From contig JBFWOZ010000002.1 of assembly GCA_050250255.1 (NCBI GenBank), forward strand, positions 1 through 64,000: 64,000 bases of DNA. The letters are read 5' to 3'. Below the pieces are notes generated by a model that was not told where the DNA came from, did no database searches, and worked only from the letters and a program-made list of their open reading frames with translations. Within the stretch, counting starts at the first letter, position 1, and each line of letters begins with the position of its first letter. This document shows, one piece after another, positions 9,363-18,372 of the stretch. This stretch comes from Bdellovibrionales bacterium (lineage in GTDB: Bacteria; Bdellovibrionota; Bdellovibrionia; Bdellovibrionales; DASUEL01). The translations under genes were made by a program, and so were the position numbers.

Positions 9363-10365
9363 TTTGATGAATGAGTTCTTTCATACCGTGACCACAGTAG
9401 GCCGATACGGTGAGGACTTCACGAACGCCCTCTTTTTTTAAAAATTTTCTTCTTAGGTTTTCAACGCGAATCGAATCTGCCGCATCAATTTTGTTAAAGA
9501 CAATCACCTGTTGTTTGTTCATGAGCGGAGTGTAGCGAGGAGTCTCTTTGTGTTGCTCATCATACATTTCTAACTCGTAGTTGATGTCTTCGTAATCTTT
9601 GAGTGGGTCGCGCTCTGATAAATCAGAAACGTCAATCAAGTGCACAAATCCACGAGTTTTCTCAATGTGTTTTAAAAATCGAATTCCTAAACCCGCACCT
9701 TGATGAGCGCCAGGAATTAATCCAGGGATATCGGCGACGACCACATTCTGGCCCTCACCTACCGCAACCACTCCAAGATTTGGAACGAGGGTCGTGAATT
9801 CGTAATCCGCAGCTTTTGGTCTCGCGGCAGAAATGCGAGAGATGAGTGTCGACTTTCCAACGTTGGGATAACCAATGATTCCCACATCTGCGAGAAGCTT
9901 GAGCTCAAGTTTTAATTCGCCCGATTCTCCGGGCTCTCCCGGCTGGGCATATTGTGGCGCTTGGTTAACGCTCGTTTTGAAAAAAGCATTTCCTTTTCCG
10001 CCGCGACCACCTTTGAAAAGCAGGAACTCTTCGCTCTCCGTATTGAGCTCGCCTAAAACTTCACCCTGATCGTTAATGACTCGTGTTCCAGGAGGAACAT
10101 CGATCACAAGATTGAGTCCGTCTTTTCCCTGCTTGTTACTGGAAGTTCCCGGAGCTCCGTCTTGGGCCATATATTTCTTTTTGAATTTGAGTTCGAGAAG
10201 AGAGCTCATCTGTGGATTTACTTTGAAAATAAGATCGCCGCCTCGACCGCCATCACCACCGTCAGGTCCGCCACGAGGTTTTCCTTTTTCTCGCAAAAAA
10301 GTAACGGCACCCGGTCCACCATGGCCTGAGCCCGCAAAGATCGTCACTTCATCAATAAATTTCAT
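9319..10365 (-). CDS. obgE: GTPase ObgE
   Basis: GGPDGGDGGRGG Obg fold; GYPNVGKS, DIPG, NKID G motifs. Confidence 0.97.
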   Translation of the reverse strand: MKFIDEVTIFAGSGHGGPGAVTFLREKGKPRGGPDGGDGGRGGDLIFKVNPQMSSLLELKFKKKYMAQDGAPGTSSNKQGKDGLNLVIDVPPGTRVINDQGEVLGELNTESEEFLLFKGGRGGKGNAFFKTSVNQAPQYAQPGEPGESGELKLELKLLADVGIIGYPNVGKSTLISRISAARPKAADYEFTTLVPNLGVVAVGEGQNVVVADIPGLIPGAHQGAGLGIRFLKHIEKTRGFVHLIDVSDLSERDPLKDYEDINYELEMYDEQHKETPRYTPLMNKQQVIVFNKIDAADSIRVENLRRKFLKKEGVREVLTVSAYCGHGMKELIHQIGRLALESKENKNH

Positions 10366-10434
10366 ATGTTTAAACCTAGCGTTTTTGCAGAAAAATCAGA
10401 GACGTAGCAACCTACCACTCTGCAGCAAATACGA

Positions 10435-10462
10435 CAAAAGAATGCCGGAGTTTTTCCGGCAT
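10435..10462 (-). terminator. intrinsic terminator candidate downstream of rpmA
   Basis: ATGCCGGA/TCCGGCAT stem followed on the minus strand by TCTTTTG. Confidence 0.55.
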
Positions 10463-10490
10463 ACGTCTTTCCTTGGAAAAAATTTCAATC

Positions 10491-10586
10491 GCCAATTTGT
10501 AAAACCATCATCTGCTTGGTTGCAGGAGGACCGTTTCAGGTCCGACCCACTTGCACGCCTTGCATCTGATACTTTTACAAATTGGC
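10491..10586 (-). repeat. palindromic element, copy 1 (REP/MITE-like)
   Basis: Perfect 14-bp terminal inverted repeat GCCAATTTGTAAAA/TTTTACAAATTGGC; internal GGACC-TGAAAC-GGTCC hairpin; core CAGATGCAAGGCG...GCAACCAAGCA on minus strand. Confidence 0.65.
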
Positions 10587-10600
10587 TATGGGGTTCGCGA

Positions 10601-10849
10601 TTAAGCGACGCTGACTTTCAATCTTTGCTTCGTATGACGTTCGAAGGAAACTTTACCTTCGACAACCGCGTAGATTGTAAAATCACGACCCAATCGAACG
10701 TTACGACCTGGGTGATATTGAGTTCCGCGCTGACGTACGATGATGGTACCTGGCTTCACTAACTCACCTGCATGGGCTTTCACACCCAATCGCTTCGAGT
10801 GACTATCTCTTCCGTTTCTTGTACTACCACCGGCTTTTTTCGATGCCAT
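10601..10849 (-). CDS. rpmA: 50S ribosomal protein L27
   Basis: [16 protein letters not shown]...IIVRQRGT. Confidence 0.98.
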   Translation of the reverse strand: MASKKAGGSTRNGRDSHSKRLGVKAHAGELVKPGTIIVRQRGTQYHPGRNVRLGRDFTIYAVVEGKVSFERHTKQRLKVSVA

Positions 10850-10866
10850 GATTCACCTCTTAAAAT

Positions 10867-11412
10867 TTACTTTGCGCTTTTGCCCGTACGTTTTTTTGCA
10901 GCAGTTTTACCTTTAGCTGCGCCTGCTTTTTTCTTACCAGTTTTCTTTTTTGCTGGAGTCGCGCCTTTTTTAGGTGCCGCTTTTTTTGCTCCATCTTCAG
11001 ATTTTGGCTTTGCTTTTAAATTCTCACGGATTTCCACTTTTTTAGCAGCAATTTTCTCTCGGTCGATCACGTGCGGCTTTGAATCTGCCTTTGCTGTTTT
11101 TCCATCAGCAGAAATGTACGATACGAACAATTCTGTGTAAGGCTGACGGTGACCTTTTAAGCGGCGGTAGCCTTTACGACGTTTCTTTTTAAACACGAGA
11201 ATTTTTCCGGCTTTGTTGTGTTGAGTAACAACCACACCAACCGTTGCACCAGAAACAAGAGGGCTGCCAAATTGTGGTTTGTCGCCACCAACATACAACA
11301 CTTCGTTAAGTTCAAACTCTGATCCAAGTTTTGAGTCGAGTTTTTCAACTCGTACTAAGTCACCTGGCTTCACGCTATATTGTTTCCCACCAGTTCGAAT
11401 AATGGCGTACAT
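10867..11412 (-). CDS. rplU: 50S ribosomal protein L21 with Lys/Ala-rich C-terminal extension
   Basis: MYAIIRTGGKQY...FKKKRRKGYRRLKGHRQPYT; upstream of rpmA. Confidence 0.97.
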   Translation of the reverse strand: MYAIIRTGGKQYSVKPGDLVRVEKLDSKLGSEFELNEVLYVGGDKPQFGSPLVSGATVGVVVTQHNKAGKILVFKKKRRKGYRRLKGHRQPYTELFVSYISADGKTAKADSKPHVIDREKIAAKKVEIRENLKAKPKSEDGAKKAAPKKGATPAKKKTGKKKAGAAKGKTAAKKRTGKSAK

Positions 11413-11501
11413 CTCGGGCCTCCGTCTTTAAAAGGTAGATTTATTTGCCACGGGGGGCAAAACCTGTCAACCCCTATAGACTTTTGGGTTTGAGAAATCT
11501 T

Positions 11502-11639
11502 CCAAACTCTCCATAAAAGTCGCAGACGAGGCGACCAAGGGAAGCGCGGGGACCTACTTCCTGTAGGCCAATGGAAGTGCCAGTGGCACTTTCGAAGCGA
11601 CCCGATCGAGCCACAAAGTATCCAACGTTTATGGTTTGG
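11502..11639 (+). repeat. palindromic element, copy 2 (intergenic, abuts rng stop codon)
   Basis: Terminal stem CCAAA..CCATAAA / TTTATGG.TTTGG; shares AGACGAGGCG, AGCGCGG, CCTACTTCCTGTAGGCC and AAGCGA.CCGA.CGAGC.AC.AAGTAT.CAA with 37674-37796; extra GAAGTGCC/GGCACTTT hairpin. Confidence 0.75.
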
Positions 11640-13160
11640 TTATGAACTTGTGATCTCGTACTGCTCAACATGGAAATCTGGTTCCACCTTAAAAACGAGT
11701 CGGCGGTTAAGGCGGTGCTCCAAATACTCCAACATTTCGCCCTCCTCCGCGTAAATCCAATCTGCCACGTCGGCATGGCAGTGAATCACGTCTGAACGCT
11801 TATCATTGGTAGGCCCCGCCTGCTCTATTTCGCGGAAAATGTCATGAGCGACGGTCTCTTTGCGTTTTGTAAAACCTTTCCCGTCACAATAGTAGCAAGG
11901 TTCGCATAAAGACTTCATAAGGCTTGGACGAACACGTTTTCGAGTCATTTCGACAAGTCCTAGCGAGGACATTCCAAGAACATTCGTTTTCGCACGATCT
12001 TTGGCTAACTCTTCTTTGAGTTGATTGAGAACTTTTTCGCGGCTGGTTTCCCGCTCCATATCAATAAAGTCGACAATAATGATCCCACCACAATTTCTGA
12101 TACGAAGTTGGTGAGCGATTTCGCGAACGGCTTCAAGATTGGTTTTGAGAATTGTATCTTCTAAATCTTTTTTTCCCACGAAGCGACCGGTGTTGATATC
12201 AATCACCACAAGAGCTTCCGCCTCATCCACAACAATGTAGCCGCCGGACTTGAGCCACACACGGCGCTCGAGAGCACGGCTGATCTCAAGATCAATTTCG
12301 TAGAGGTCAAAAAGGGGGCGTTGTTTATTGTAATAACTGATTTTGTCTTTCAGCGAAGGCATGAATTGAGCAACAAAGTTGGTGATTTTTTGGTAGGCCT
12401 CGTGATTGTCGACAACGACTTGAGCAATATCTTCGGTGAAAAGATCTCGCACCGCTCGAAGCTCAACATCAAGTTCCGCATGCACCAAACCTGGCTTGGT
12501 GCTCTTGCCGTAAGCTTCAAAAATTTGCTCTGAAAGTCTCACGAGATACTCGATATCCTCACGTATGCTTTCCTCTGAAGCTCCTTCGCCCGCAGTTCTA
12601 ACAATCAATCCACCCTCTGCAGGTTTGAGTTTTTCCACAAGAAGTCGAAGTCGTTCTTTTTCAACTTCATCTTCGATACGACGAGAAACCCCAATGTGAT
12701 TGAGAGTTGGCATGTAAACCACGTTACGACCCGGTAGAGAAATATGTGTTGTGATACGCGCCCCCTTAGTACCAAGGGGATCTTTTGCAACCTGTACTAA
12801 AAGTGATTGTCCTTCTTTGAGAAGATCTTGAATGAGTGGTTTTTCACTGCCGCGCTCTTCTCGAGGAACCTTTCCCGCACCTTGATCTTCATAGGCTTCA
12901 TCGAGAAGAAGAACTTCTTCGCCCGGACTGACATCGGTACGCACATCGCCTACGTAAAGAAATGCGGCTCGATCGAGTCCAATATCCACAAATGCGGCCT
13001 GCATTCCTGGCAATACCCGCACCACCTGTCCGCGATAAATAGAGCCTGCTAAACCTTTTTGATGGTTTCGTTCTGTCATGAACTCGATCAAAGCCCCGTG
13101 TTCCACGTGAGCGACTCGAGTTTCTACAGGACGGACGTTGATGAGAATCTCTGCTGCCAT
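11640..13160 (-). CDS. rng: ribonuclease G (Rne/Rng family)
   Basis: RVLPGMQAAFVDIG S1 domain, KDPLGTKGAR, IDINTG, GGIIIVDFIDM, CYYCDG Zn link. Confidence 0.93.
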   Translation of the reverse strand: MAAEILINVRPVETRVAHVEHGALIEFMTERNHQKGLAGSIYRGQVVRVLPGMQAAFVDIGLDRAAFLYVGDVRTDVSPGEEVLLLDEAYEDQGAGKVPREERGSEKPLIQDLLKEGQSLLVQVAKDPLGTKGARITTHISLPGRNVVYMPTLNHIGVSRRIEDEVEKERLRLLVEKLKPAEGGLIVRTAGEGASEESIREDIEYLVRLSEQIFEAYGKSTKPGLVHAELDVELRAVRDLFTEDIAQVVVDNHEAYQKITNFVAQFMPSLKDKISYYNKQRPLFDLYEIDLEISRALERRVWLKSGGYIVVDEAEALVVIDINTGRFVGKKDLEDTILKTNLEAVREIAHQLRIRNCGGIIIVDFIDMERETSREKVLNQLKEELAKDRAKTNVLGMSSLGLVEMTRKRVRPSLMKSLCEPCYYCDGKGFTKRKETVAHDIFREIEQAGPTNDKRSDVIHCHADVADWIYAEEGEMLEYLEHRLNRRLVFKVEPDFHVEQYEITSS

Positions 13161-13215
13161 GGAGGGATCCTAGACTAAAAGCCCCAAGAACACAACCGGT
13201 GGAACAAAGCCAAGA

Positions 13216-13241
13216 GGCATCAAGAATTCGGCATCAAGAAT
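13216..13241 (+). repeat. 12-bp tandem direct repeat GGCATCAAGAAT x2 in the rng/pilT divergent promoter region
   Basis: Copies at 13216-13227 and 13230-13241. Confidence 0.7.
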
Positions 13242-13261
13242 AGGCCTCGTCGAGCCGATAA
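13234..13261 (+). promoter_or_regulatory. sigma28 (FliA)-like promoter for pilT
   Basis: TCAAG-N15-GCCGATAA, ending 6 nt before the ATG. Confidence 0.6.
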
Positions 13262-13267
13262 AAAGAC

Positions 13268-14446
13268 ATGGCAAAGCTCGATGAATTTTTCAAATTCATG
13301 AAGGAAAAAGGCGGTTCCGACCTCCATCTTTCTTCTTGCGAACCCCCCATGATCCGACTTCATGGAGAAATCGTTCGTTTAGAATACCAAACTTTGTCGC
13401 CCGCAGACGTACAAGCTCTCGTCTTTGAAATTCTCACCGAAAAACAAAAAAAGTTATTTATTGAAAACTGGGAACTCGATTGCAGCTATGCTGTTGAAGG
13501 CGTTGGACGTTTTCGTTGCAACGTGCTGATGCAGCGTCGTGGGCTCTCGGCGGTGTTCCGTATCATTCCTGAAATAGTTCCTTCATGCCAAGATCTCAAT
13601 TTGCCTTCATCGCTTCTCGATATGATCAATGTGCACCGTGGGTTGATTCTTGTCACAGGTCCAACCGGTTCAGGGAAGTCGACCACATTGGCCGCTCTTA
13701 TTGACCACATTAATGCCAACGAAGCTTGCCATATTTTAACGATCGAAGATCCGATTGAGTTTGTTCATCCGAACAAAAAATCTCTTGTGACTCAGCGGGA
13801 AGTTTCGAGCCATACAAAATCTTTTGCAAACGCCCTGAAAGCCTCTCTTCGCGAAGACCCAGATATTATTTTAGTGGGTGAGCTTCGTGATTTAGAAACG
13901 ATTCAGCTCGCCATGACCGCCGCCGAAACAGGTCACGTGGTGTTTGGAACGCTTCACACGAACAGCGCTGCTAAAACCGTAGATCGTATCATTGATGTGT
14001 TTCCGCAAGAACAACAAGAGCAGGTGCGGGTGATGCTTTCTGAAAGCTTACGTGGAGTGATTGCTCAAACGCTTCTTCCTCGCGCCGACAAAAAAGGTCG
14101 CGTCGCGGGCCTTGAAGTTCTAGTAAACACCGGCGCCGTGGCAAATTTGATTCGTGAGGGAAAGACTTTCCAAATCGGATCAGCAATGCAAATCGGTCGC
14201 GGAACAGGAATGTTCACTTTTGAAACTCATCTGATGGAGCTCGTACAAAAAGGTCTCATCAGTAATGAAACAGCGCTTTCTTTCCTCGGAAAAAGTGTCG
14301 CCACAAAGCCGAGTGGCGGACCTGTTTCTGGTACGGGGATGACTGGCGGTGGGCCCCCAGCTCCTAAACCCATGATGCCACCACCGGCTGCAGTACCAAA
14401 GCCTGCTGGCATTCCACCAATTCCGGGAATTAAAAAACCCGCCTAA
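13268..14446 (+). CDS. pilT: type IV pilus retraction ATPase PilT with Pro/Gly-rich tail
   Basis: SDLHL, GPTGSGKST, TIEDPIE, LREDPD, AAETGH, TLHT, AVANLIRE. Confidence 0.93.
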   Translation: MAKLDEFFKFMKEKGGSDLHLSSCEPPMIRLHGEIVRLEYQTLSPADVQALVFEILTEKQKKLFIENWELDCSYAVEGVGRFRCNVLMQRRGLSAVFRIIPEIVPSCQDLNLPSSLLDMINVHRGLILVTGPTGSGKSTTLAALIDHINANEACHILTIEDPIEFVHPNKKSLVTQREVSSHTKSFANALKASLREDPDIILVGELRDLETIQLAMTAAETGHVVFGTLHTNSAAKTVDRIIDVFPQEQQEQVRVMLSESLRGVIAQTLLPRADKKGRVAGLEVLVNTGAVANLIREGKTFQIGSAMQIGRGTGMFTFETHLMELVQKGLISNETALSFLGKSVATKPSGGPVSGTGMTGGGPPAPKPMMPPPAAVPKPAGIPPIPGIKKPA

Positions 14447-14505
14447 TCTGGTTTTTCTGTTATTTTCACTGCAGATTATACTCTTTTAGAGTCCAACCTT
14501 GAACG

Positions 14506-14874
14506 TTAGTCGTACGGGCTGCAGGCTACGTGTTTTGCGCGAAGAGCTGTGCTGCTTTTTATAACTGTAACCGAGCACCAGTCAGGTACTCCGCTATCCT
14601 GATCACGCACATAGCTTGTTGCTACTCCAAAGTCGAACTCGGTCACGGTCGACTTGTTGCCATTTCTATCTGTGAGCTGTCTTTCTCTCACAGTTTCCAA
14701 CGTATGATCATACAGACCTACAGATTTACGCACATTATTTTTTTTATAATCCGCTCTAATTGCCAAATCTACGGCTCGAGTGAGATCTCTCAACTTCACC
14801 TCTAAAGCAAGCGAACTTGCAAAGCTCTGAGATGTGGACAAAAACGCGACAAGAATAAGAATTGAATTTTTCAT
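14506..14874 (-). CDS. small secreted hypothetical protein
   Basis: AAGGGGAG RBS before ATG 14874; signal peptide MKNSILILVAFLSTSQSFA. Confidence 0.7.
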   Translation of the reverse strand: MKNSILILVAFLSTSQSFASSLALEVKLRDLTRAVDLAIRADYKKNNVRKSVGLYDHTLETVRERQLTDRNGNKSTVTEFDFGVATSYVRDQDSGVPDWCSVTVIKSSTALRAKHVACSPYD

Positions 14875-15167
14875 AGGACTCCCCTTTAAAATAGAAGCTA
14901 ATTTGTAGCTAAGAATTCCCCCTTGCTCTATAACTTGCACCTACTTATGTAAATTTTTTACACAATAAATCGGTCACCTTTGGATCTTAAGACCTATAAT
15001 GACAAATTAATCACACCTGATTCAGTGAGCCGCTACCGTTGGCCTTTCATTTGCTCTTTGTTTTCAGATAAGCCCTAAGTGTACTTGAGACGTGATGAAA
15101 TGAACGTGAGTGTAAATCTTTCGCCTCCCCCTAAGTCATCGACACCATTACGGCCATTGGAGTTGAT

Positions 15168-16181
15168 ATGTTTTTTGCTTTAGCTCTCGCCCTCTTTCTT
15201 CCCTTTGTCGAAGCCGACAGTCTCACTGTTGCCAACCTCAACGTGTGGGCCGTACCCGCACCGGGTGTTTCTAAGAAAATCAGAGAGCGCTTTGACCTTA
15301 TCCCCGACGCCATCGCCGCCACCCATGCCGATGTCATCTTTCTCCAAGAGGCCTGGAGAGACTCGAGCAAACACTACTTAGCTGCAGGTCTTCGTCGAGT
15401 CGGCTACCCCTACATCGTGTTTGGCGAAGCTTCTTCTGTGTGGTCAGAACGCTTGGGACTTCGAGGTCTCTTTGGAAATGGTCTTATGATCGCTTCGAAA
15501 TATCCGCTCAGCCCCGTGAAGGTCATGAAGTTTTCAAATTACACACGAGCTGACGAATATCCGACTTTTAAAGGTGCTCTCTACACTCGGATTCATAAGC
15601 CAGGCTTTGAACCTATCGATCTCTTTACGGCTCACCTGGGCGCATTTACAACTGAAACTATCGAACGTGACGGAAAACAAATTCCTGATCATATCAACCC
15701 GAGGCATACGACCGTAAAGCTCTCTCAAGCCTATGAGCTTATCAATTTCATTAAAGCTGAACGAAAAAGTAGAAGTTTGATTTTTGCAGGAGATTTGAAC
15801 ACTCATTACTTTGAATTTCTTAATGGAAAATACGATGTTTCTAAAGTAACGGGAGTTTACAGCGCATTCACCTGTCTTGATCGCGCCGACAACCTTTGCC
15901 TTGGACTCACCGATTCTTTTGTAGCTCTCAACGGACTCTATGGACGCAACTCCAATGTCACGCGCCCCTTCACTTACGACACCGAAACCAACACCTACGC
16001 AAAAGGAGGAGAATTTGCGACAGAACCTCCCGGGGCCATCGATTACATTTATGTAAATCGCAACGGACAACTTAAACCCGTCTCTTCTCAAGTTATTTTT
16101 AATGAAATGGGTTCGCCTGGAGAGCCTGACTTTCTCTCTGACCACTATGGACTTCTCAGTGTATTTGAGGTCATAAGATAG
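15168..16181 (+). CDS. endonuclease/exonuclease/phosphatase family protein, sphingomyelinase-like, secreted
   Basis: NLNVW, FLQEAW, GLMIASKYP, KG, AGDLN, IDYIY, SDHYG motifs; signal peptide. Confidence 0.85.
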   Translation: MFFALALALFLPFVEADSLTVANLNVWAVPAPGVSKKIRERFDLIPDAIAATHADVIFLQEAWRDSSKHYLAAGLRRVGYPYIVFGEASSVWSERLGLRGLFGNGLMIASKYPLSPVKVMKFSNYTRADEYPTFKGALYTRIHKPGFEPIDLFTAHLGAFTTETIERDGKQIPDHINPRHTTVKLSQAYELINFIKAERKSRSLIFAGDLNTHYFEFLNGKYDVSKVTGVYSAFTCLDRADNLCLGLTDSFVALNGLYGRNSNVTRPFTYDTETNTYAKGGEFATEPPGAIDYIYVNRNGQLKPVSSQVIFNEMGSPGEPDFLSDHYGLLSVFEVIR

Positions 16182-16184
16182 CTT

Positions 16185-16676
16185 ATGAAAAAAGTAAGAA
16201 ATTATCTCTCGCAGACAGAAGCTTTTATGGCCGGAGAATTTTTGAAAGCGCATGGAATCACCGCAGAAGTCTATGGAGCTAAGGAGTACGCCTCCTATAT
16301 CAGCGGCAAAGACCTCGGCGCCTATAATTTGTTTGTTGAAGAGGCTAGCCTTGCTCAGGCGACGGAACTTTTAAAAGAGATCGACAGCGCTCCTCTCGAT
16401 GCTCCCACACCCACCGAAGCCATTGTCTATTTTAAAAAGTCGGTGATCTCCGCTCTCCTCGCAATTTTCTTTGTACCCGTGATTTGTAACATTCTCTCGA
16501 TAAAGAATTTGATTCTCTACCGCCAAGCCGAAAAAAATCCTGCGAAAAGGGCTTCTTCGACTTTGCTGGTTACACTTTTGCAACTCCCCTCAATGATTAC
16601 ACTTTATTTCTGGCTCGAGACCGTCCCGGGCATCACAAATAAGTTTCTTTCGTGGATCGAACAAATCGGGAAATAA
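16185..16676 (+). CDS. DUF2007-like membrane protein
   Basis: EAFMAGEFLKAHGITAEV...LFVEE..LAQATELL N-domain plus two hydrophobic helices. Confidence 0.6.
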   Translation: MKKVRNYLSQTEAFMAGEFLKAHGITAEVYGAKEYASYISGKDLGAYNLFVEEASLAQATELLKEIDSAPLDAPTPTEAIVYFKKSVISALLAIFFVPVICNILSIKNLILYRQAEKNPAKRASSTLLVTLLQLPSMITLYFWLETVPGITNKFLSWIEQIGK

Positions 16677-16839
16677 CTGTCCGTCACACCATCTAGGTTG
16701 TTCAAAGAACTCTAACGCAACGGACTGCCAATGCACTCCCGTGTTCCCAAAGATAGAAACACTATTTATTGAACTCACTTGCTTGTGTAGTCTCCAAGTA
16801 CTAATCTTTTCTGAAAGAGGTTTCTATAAGGGGGGTTTT

Positions 16840-17124
16840 ATGCGTTTTTTGATTTATGGAATGATGCTGTTCGCATCGTTGAATGTCTCTCTGGCCCAAG
16901 CTCAACAATGTAAGGGTGTTTGTACACTTCAAACATTTATTATTGCGGGTAATGGTGAATTTATTAACTTAAATCTCAATCAAGCCACTGTGAAACAGTA
17001 CAAATACCGAATCGATAGTGCTGGTAAACCTGCCGACCCTAGAGAATATGAGGCTGTGTTAATGGCAGCTAAAGATGCGGCCCGCAAGCTTGAGACCAAT
17101 AACATCTGTGTATTCATAGACTAA
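16840..17124 (+). CDS. small secreted hypothetical protein
   Basis: AAGGGGG RBS before ATG 16840; signal peptide ending AQA; three Cys. Confidence 0.65.
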   Translation: MRFLIYGMMLFASLNVSLAQAQQCKGVCTLQTFIIAGNGEFINLNLNQATVKQYKYRIDSAGKPADPREYEAVLMAAKDAARKLETNNICVFID

Positions 17125-17272
17125 TTAAGCAGGATAATAGAGATTCGATGCAGGCCCTCTCGCTACTAGGTCCGCAAGGTCACATGTTTTTTTCTTCAGG
17201 CAACACCCCCCACCCTAAAAATTACAGATTTTCACGAGCTCGTCGTGCGACGAGCCCTCAATAGGTCACCTT

Positions 17273-17638
17273 TTAGCGACAGATAAGCTGAACGGTATCT
17301 TGCTGATGCTGAGCGTAGATGTAAGTCAAATCGCCAACTGTTTTATCGGCGTACTGAGTGAGATAGAATCTTCCATCGTCAAAGCTCGAGTAAGTCGTGA
17401 TCCCACCAACACGATCAAGCTTTCTGAGAAAGTTTGCTTTAATAAAAGACTCGGAACCATTGCGAGGAAAATCTTTTTTGATCGTGCCCGTGATATAGCC
17501 TTTGCTATCTTGAGTGACTTCAACCGTAAGTCCTTCTGAAGAATACTTTTCTGAGCAAGAAACCAAAACCTGTGAAGGCGCTCCAAGCGCTACTGAAGCA
17601 GAAAGTGTGAACATAATTGTGAATACGAATGTTTTCAT
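17273..17638 (-). CDS. small secreted hypothetical protein
   Basis: AAGAGG RBS; signal peptide MKTFVFTIMFTLSASVALG; Cys near both ends of the mature protein. Confidence 0.7.
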   Translation of the reverse strand: MKTFVFTIMFTLSASVALGAPSQVLVSCSEKYSSEGLTVEVTQDSKGYITGTIKKDFPRNGSESFIKANFLRKLDRVGGITTYSSFDDGRFYLTQYADKTVGDLTYIYAQHQQDTVQLICR

Positions 17639-17770
17639 GAAAATCCTCTTTATTTAAAAAACTAAGGTTCTACCGGAGGGAGTATCGGAAAAAGCGAAGC
17701 TTAGAAAGTTGAAACTGGGGGCGTATAAAAAGTCGTCGCGTGATTTTACATAGTAGCGATGCAAATCTGA

Positions 17771-17796
17771 CTAAAAAGTCGACAGTCGCTTTTTAG
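17771..17796 (-). terminator. terminator-like hairpin overlapping the stop of 17793-18203
   Basis: CTAAAAAGTCGAC-A-GTCGCTTTTTAG inverted repeat. Confidence 0.45.
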
Positions 17797-18203
17797 AAAT
17801 CGAAGGAGTAGCTGACGACGGAGTCGCGAGCCGTTAGATTCGCCTGGAATTGATTCGACGGTTCGTTCGGGAAAGTGCTTCCGTAAAATTCGGTGGGTGT
17901 TGTTGCCGCTTTATACACGGTGTAACTCACCCCAACGATCACGCCCACCGCCGCACCGATGGCGATGTTGGAAAGTTTGTCTTGGGGTCTTCCGTAAAAA
18001 CTGAGCGTGCTTAATCCTAAAACTGCGCCTCCAAGACCTGCAAAAATGACGATGGCGGCTTGACGACGAGGACCTGATTTGGGAACGCCTGGAAGTTGGC
18101 TTTGATTCTGCGCAAAAGCCGGCAAAGAAAGACTCATGATCATCATCACCACAAGAGTGGCGCGACTGAAATAACCTCTTTGATTCCCTTGCTTTTTGAT
18201 CAC
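17793..18203 (-). CDS. hypothetical exported membrane protein with glycine-rich helices
   Basis: GGAGG RBS; signal peptide ending AFA; AGLGGAVLGLSTLSFYG and IAIGAAVGVIVG helices; terminal aromatic YSFDF. Confidence 0.7.
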   Translation of the reverse strand: MIKKQGNQRGYFSRATLVVMMIMSLSLPAFAQNQSQLPGVPKSGPRRQAAIVIFAGLGGAVLGLSTLSFYGRPQDKLSNIAIGAAVGVIVGVSYTVYKAATTPTEFYGSTFPNEPSNQFQANLTARDSVVSYSFDF

Positions 18204-18372
18204 CGTAGCCTCCAGACCTTGTACACTTCTGAACCTTCTTCCATGCTAAGGGGGTTTCGGGAGAAATCCAAATATTTTGTTCCACATTGGGTCTAAGAAA
18301 TGGTACCCCATAAGGTCTATGACAGGTTCCAGATGGTTATCACCTTACGCGAACAAATTAGCGGGAGAAGCC

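Noticed and set aside
10076..10762. 228-aa plus-strand ORF with Pro-rich stretch
   Set aside because: Antisense shadow of obgE and rpmA; the Pro runs are the reverse complement of Obg Gly codons
11474..11776. 100-aa minus-strand ORF crossing palindromic element copy 2
   Set aside because: Overlaps rng out of frame, no RBS, no recognisable protein features
14330..14446. Pro/Gly-rich PilT tail as a separate domain or repeat
   Set aside because: Low-complexity disordered tail with no repeat unit or motif I can support
15534..16253. 239-aa minus-strand ORF
   Set aside because: Antisense to the well-supported EEP phosphodiesterase
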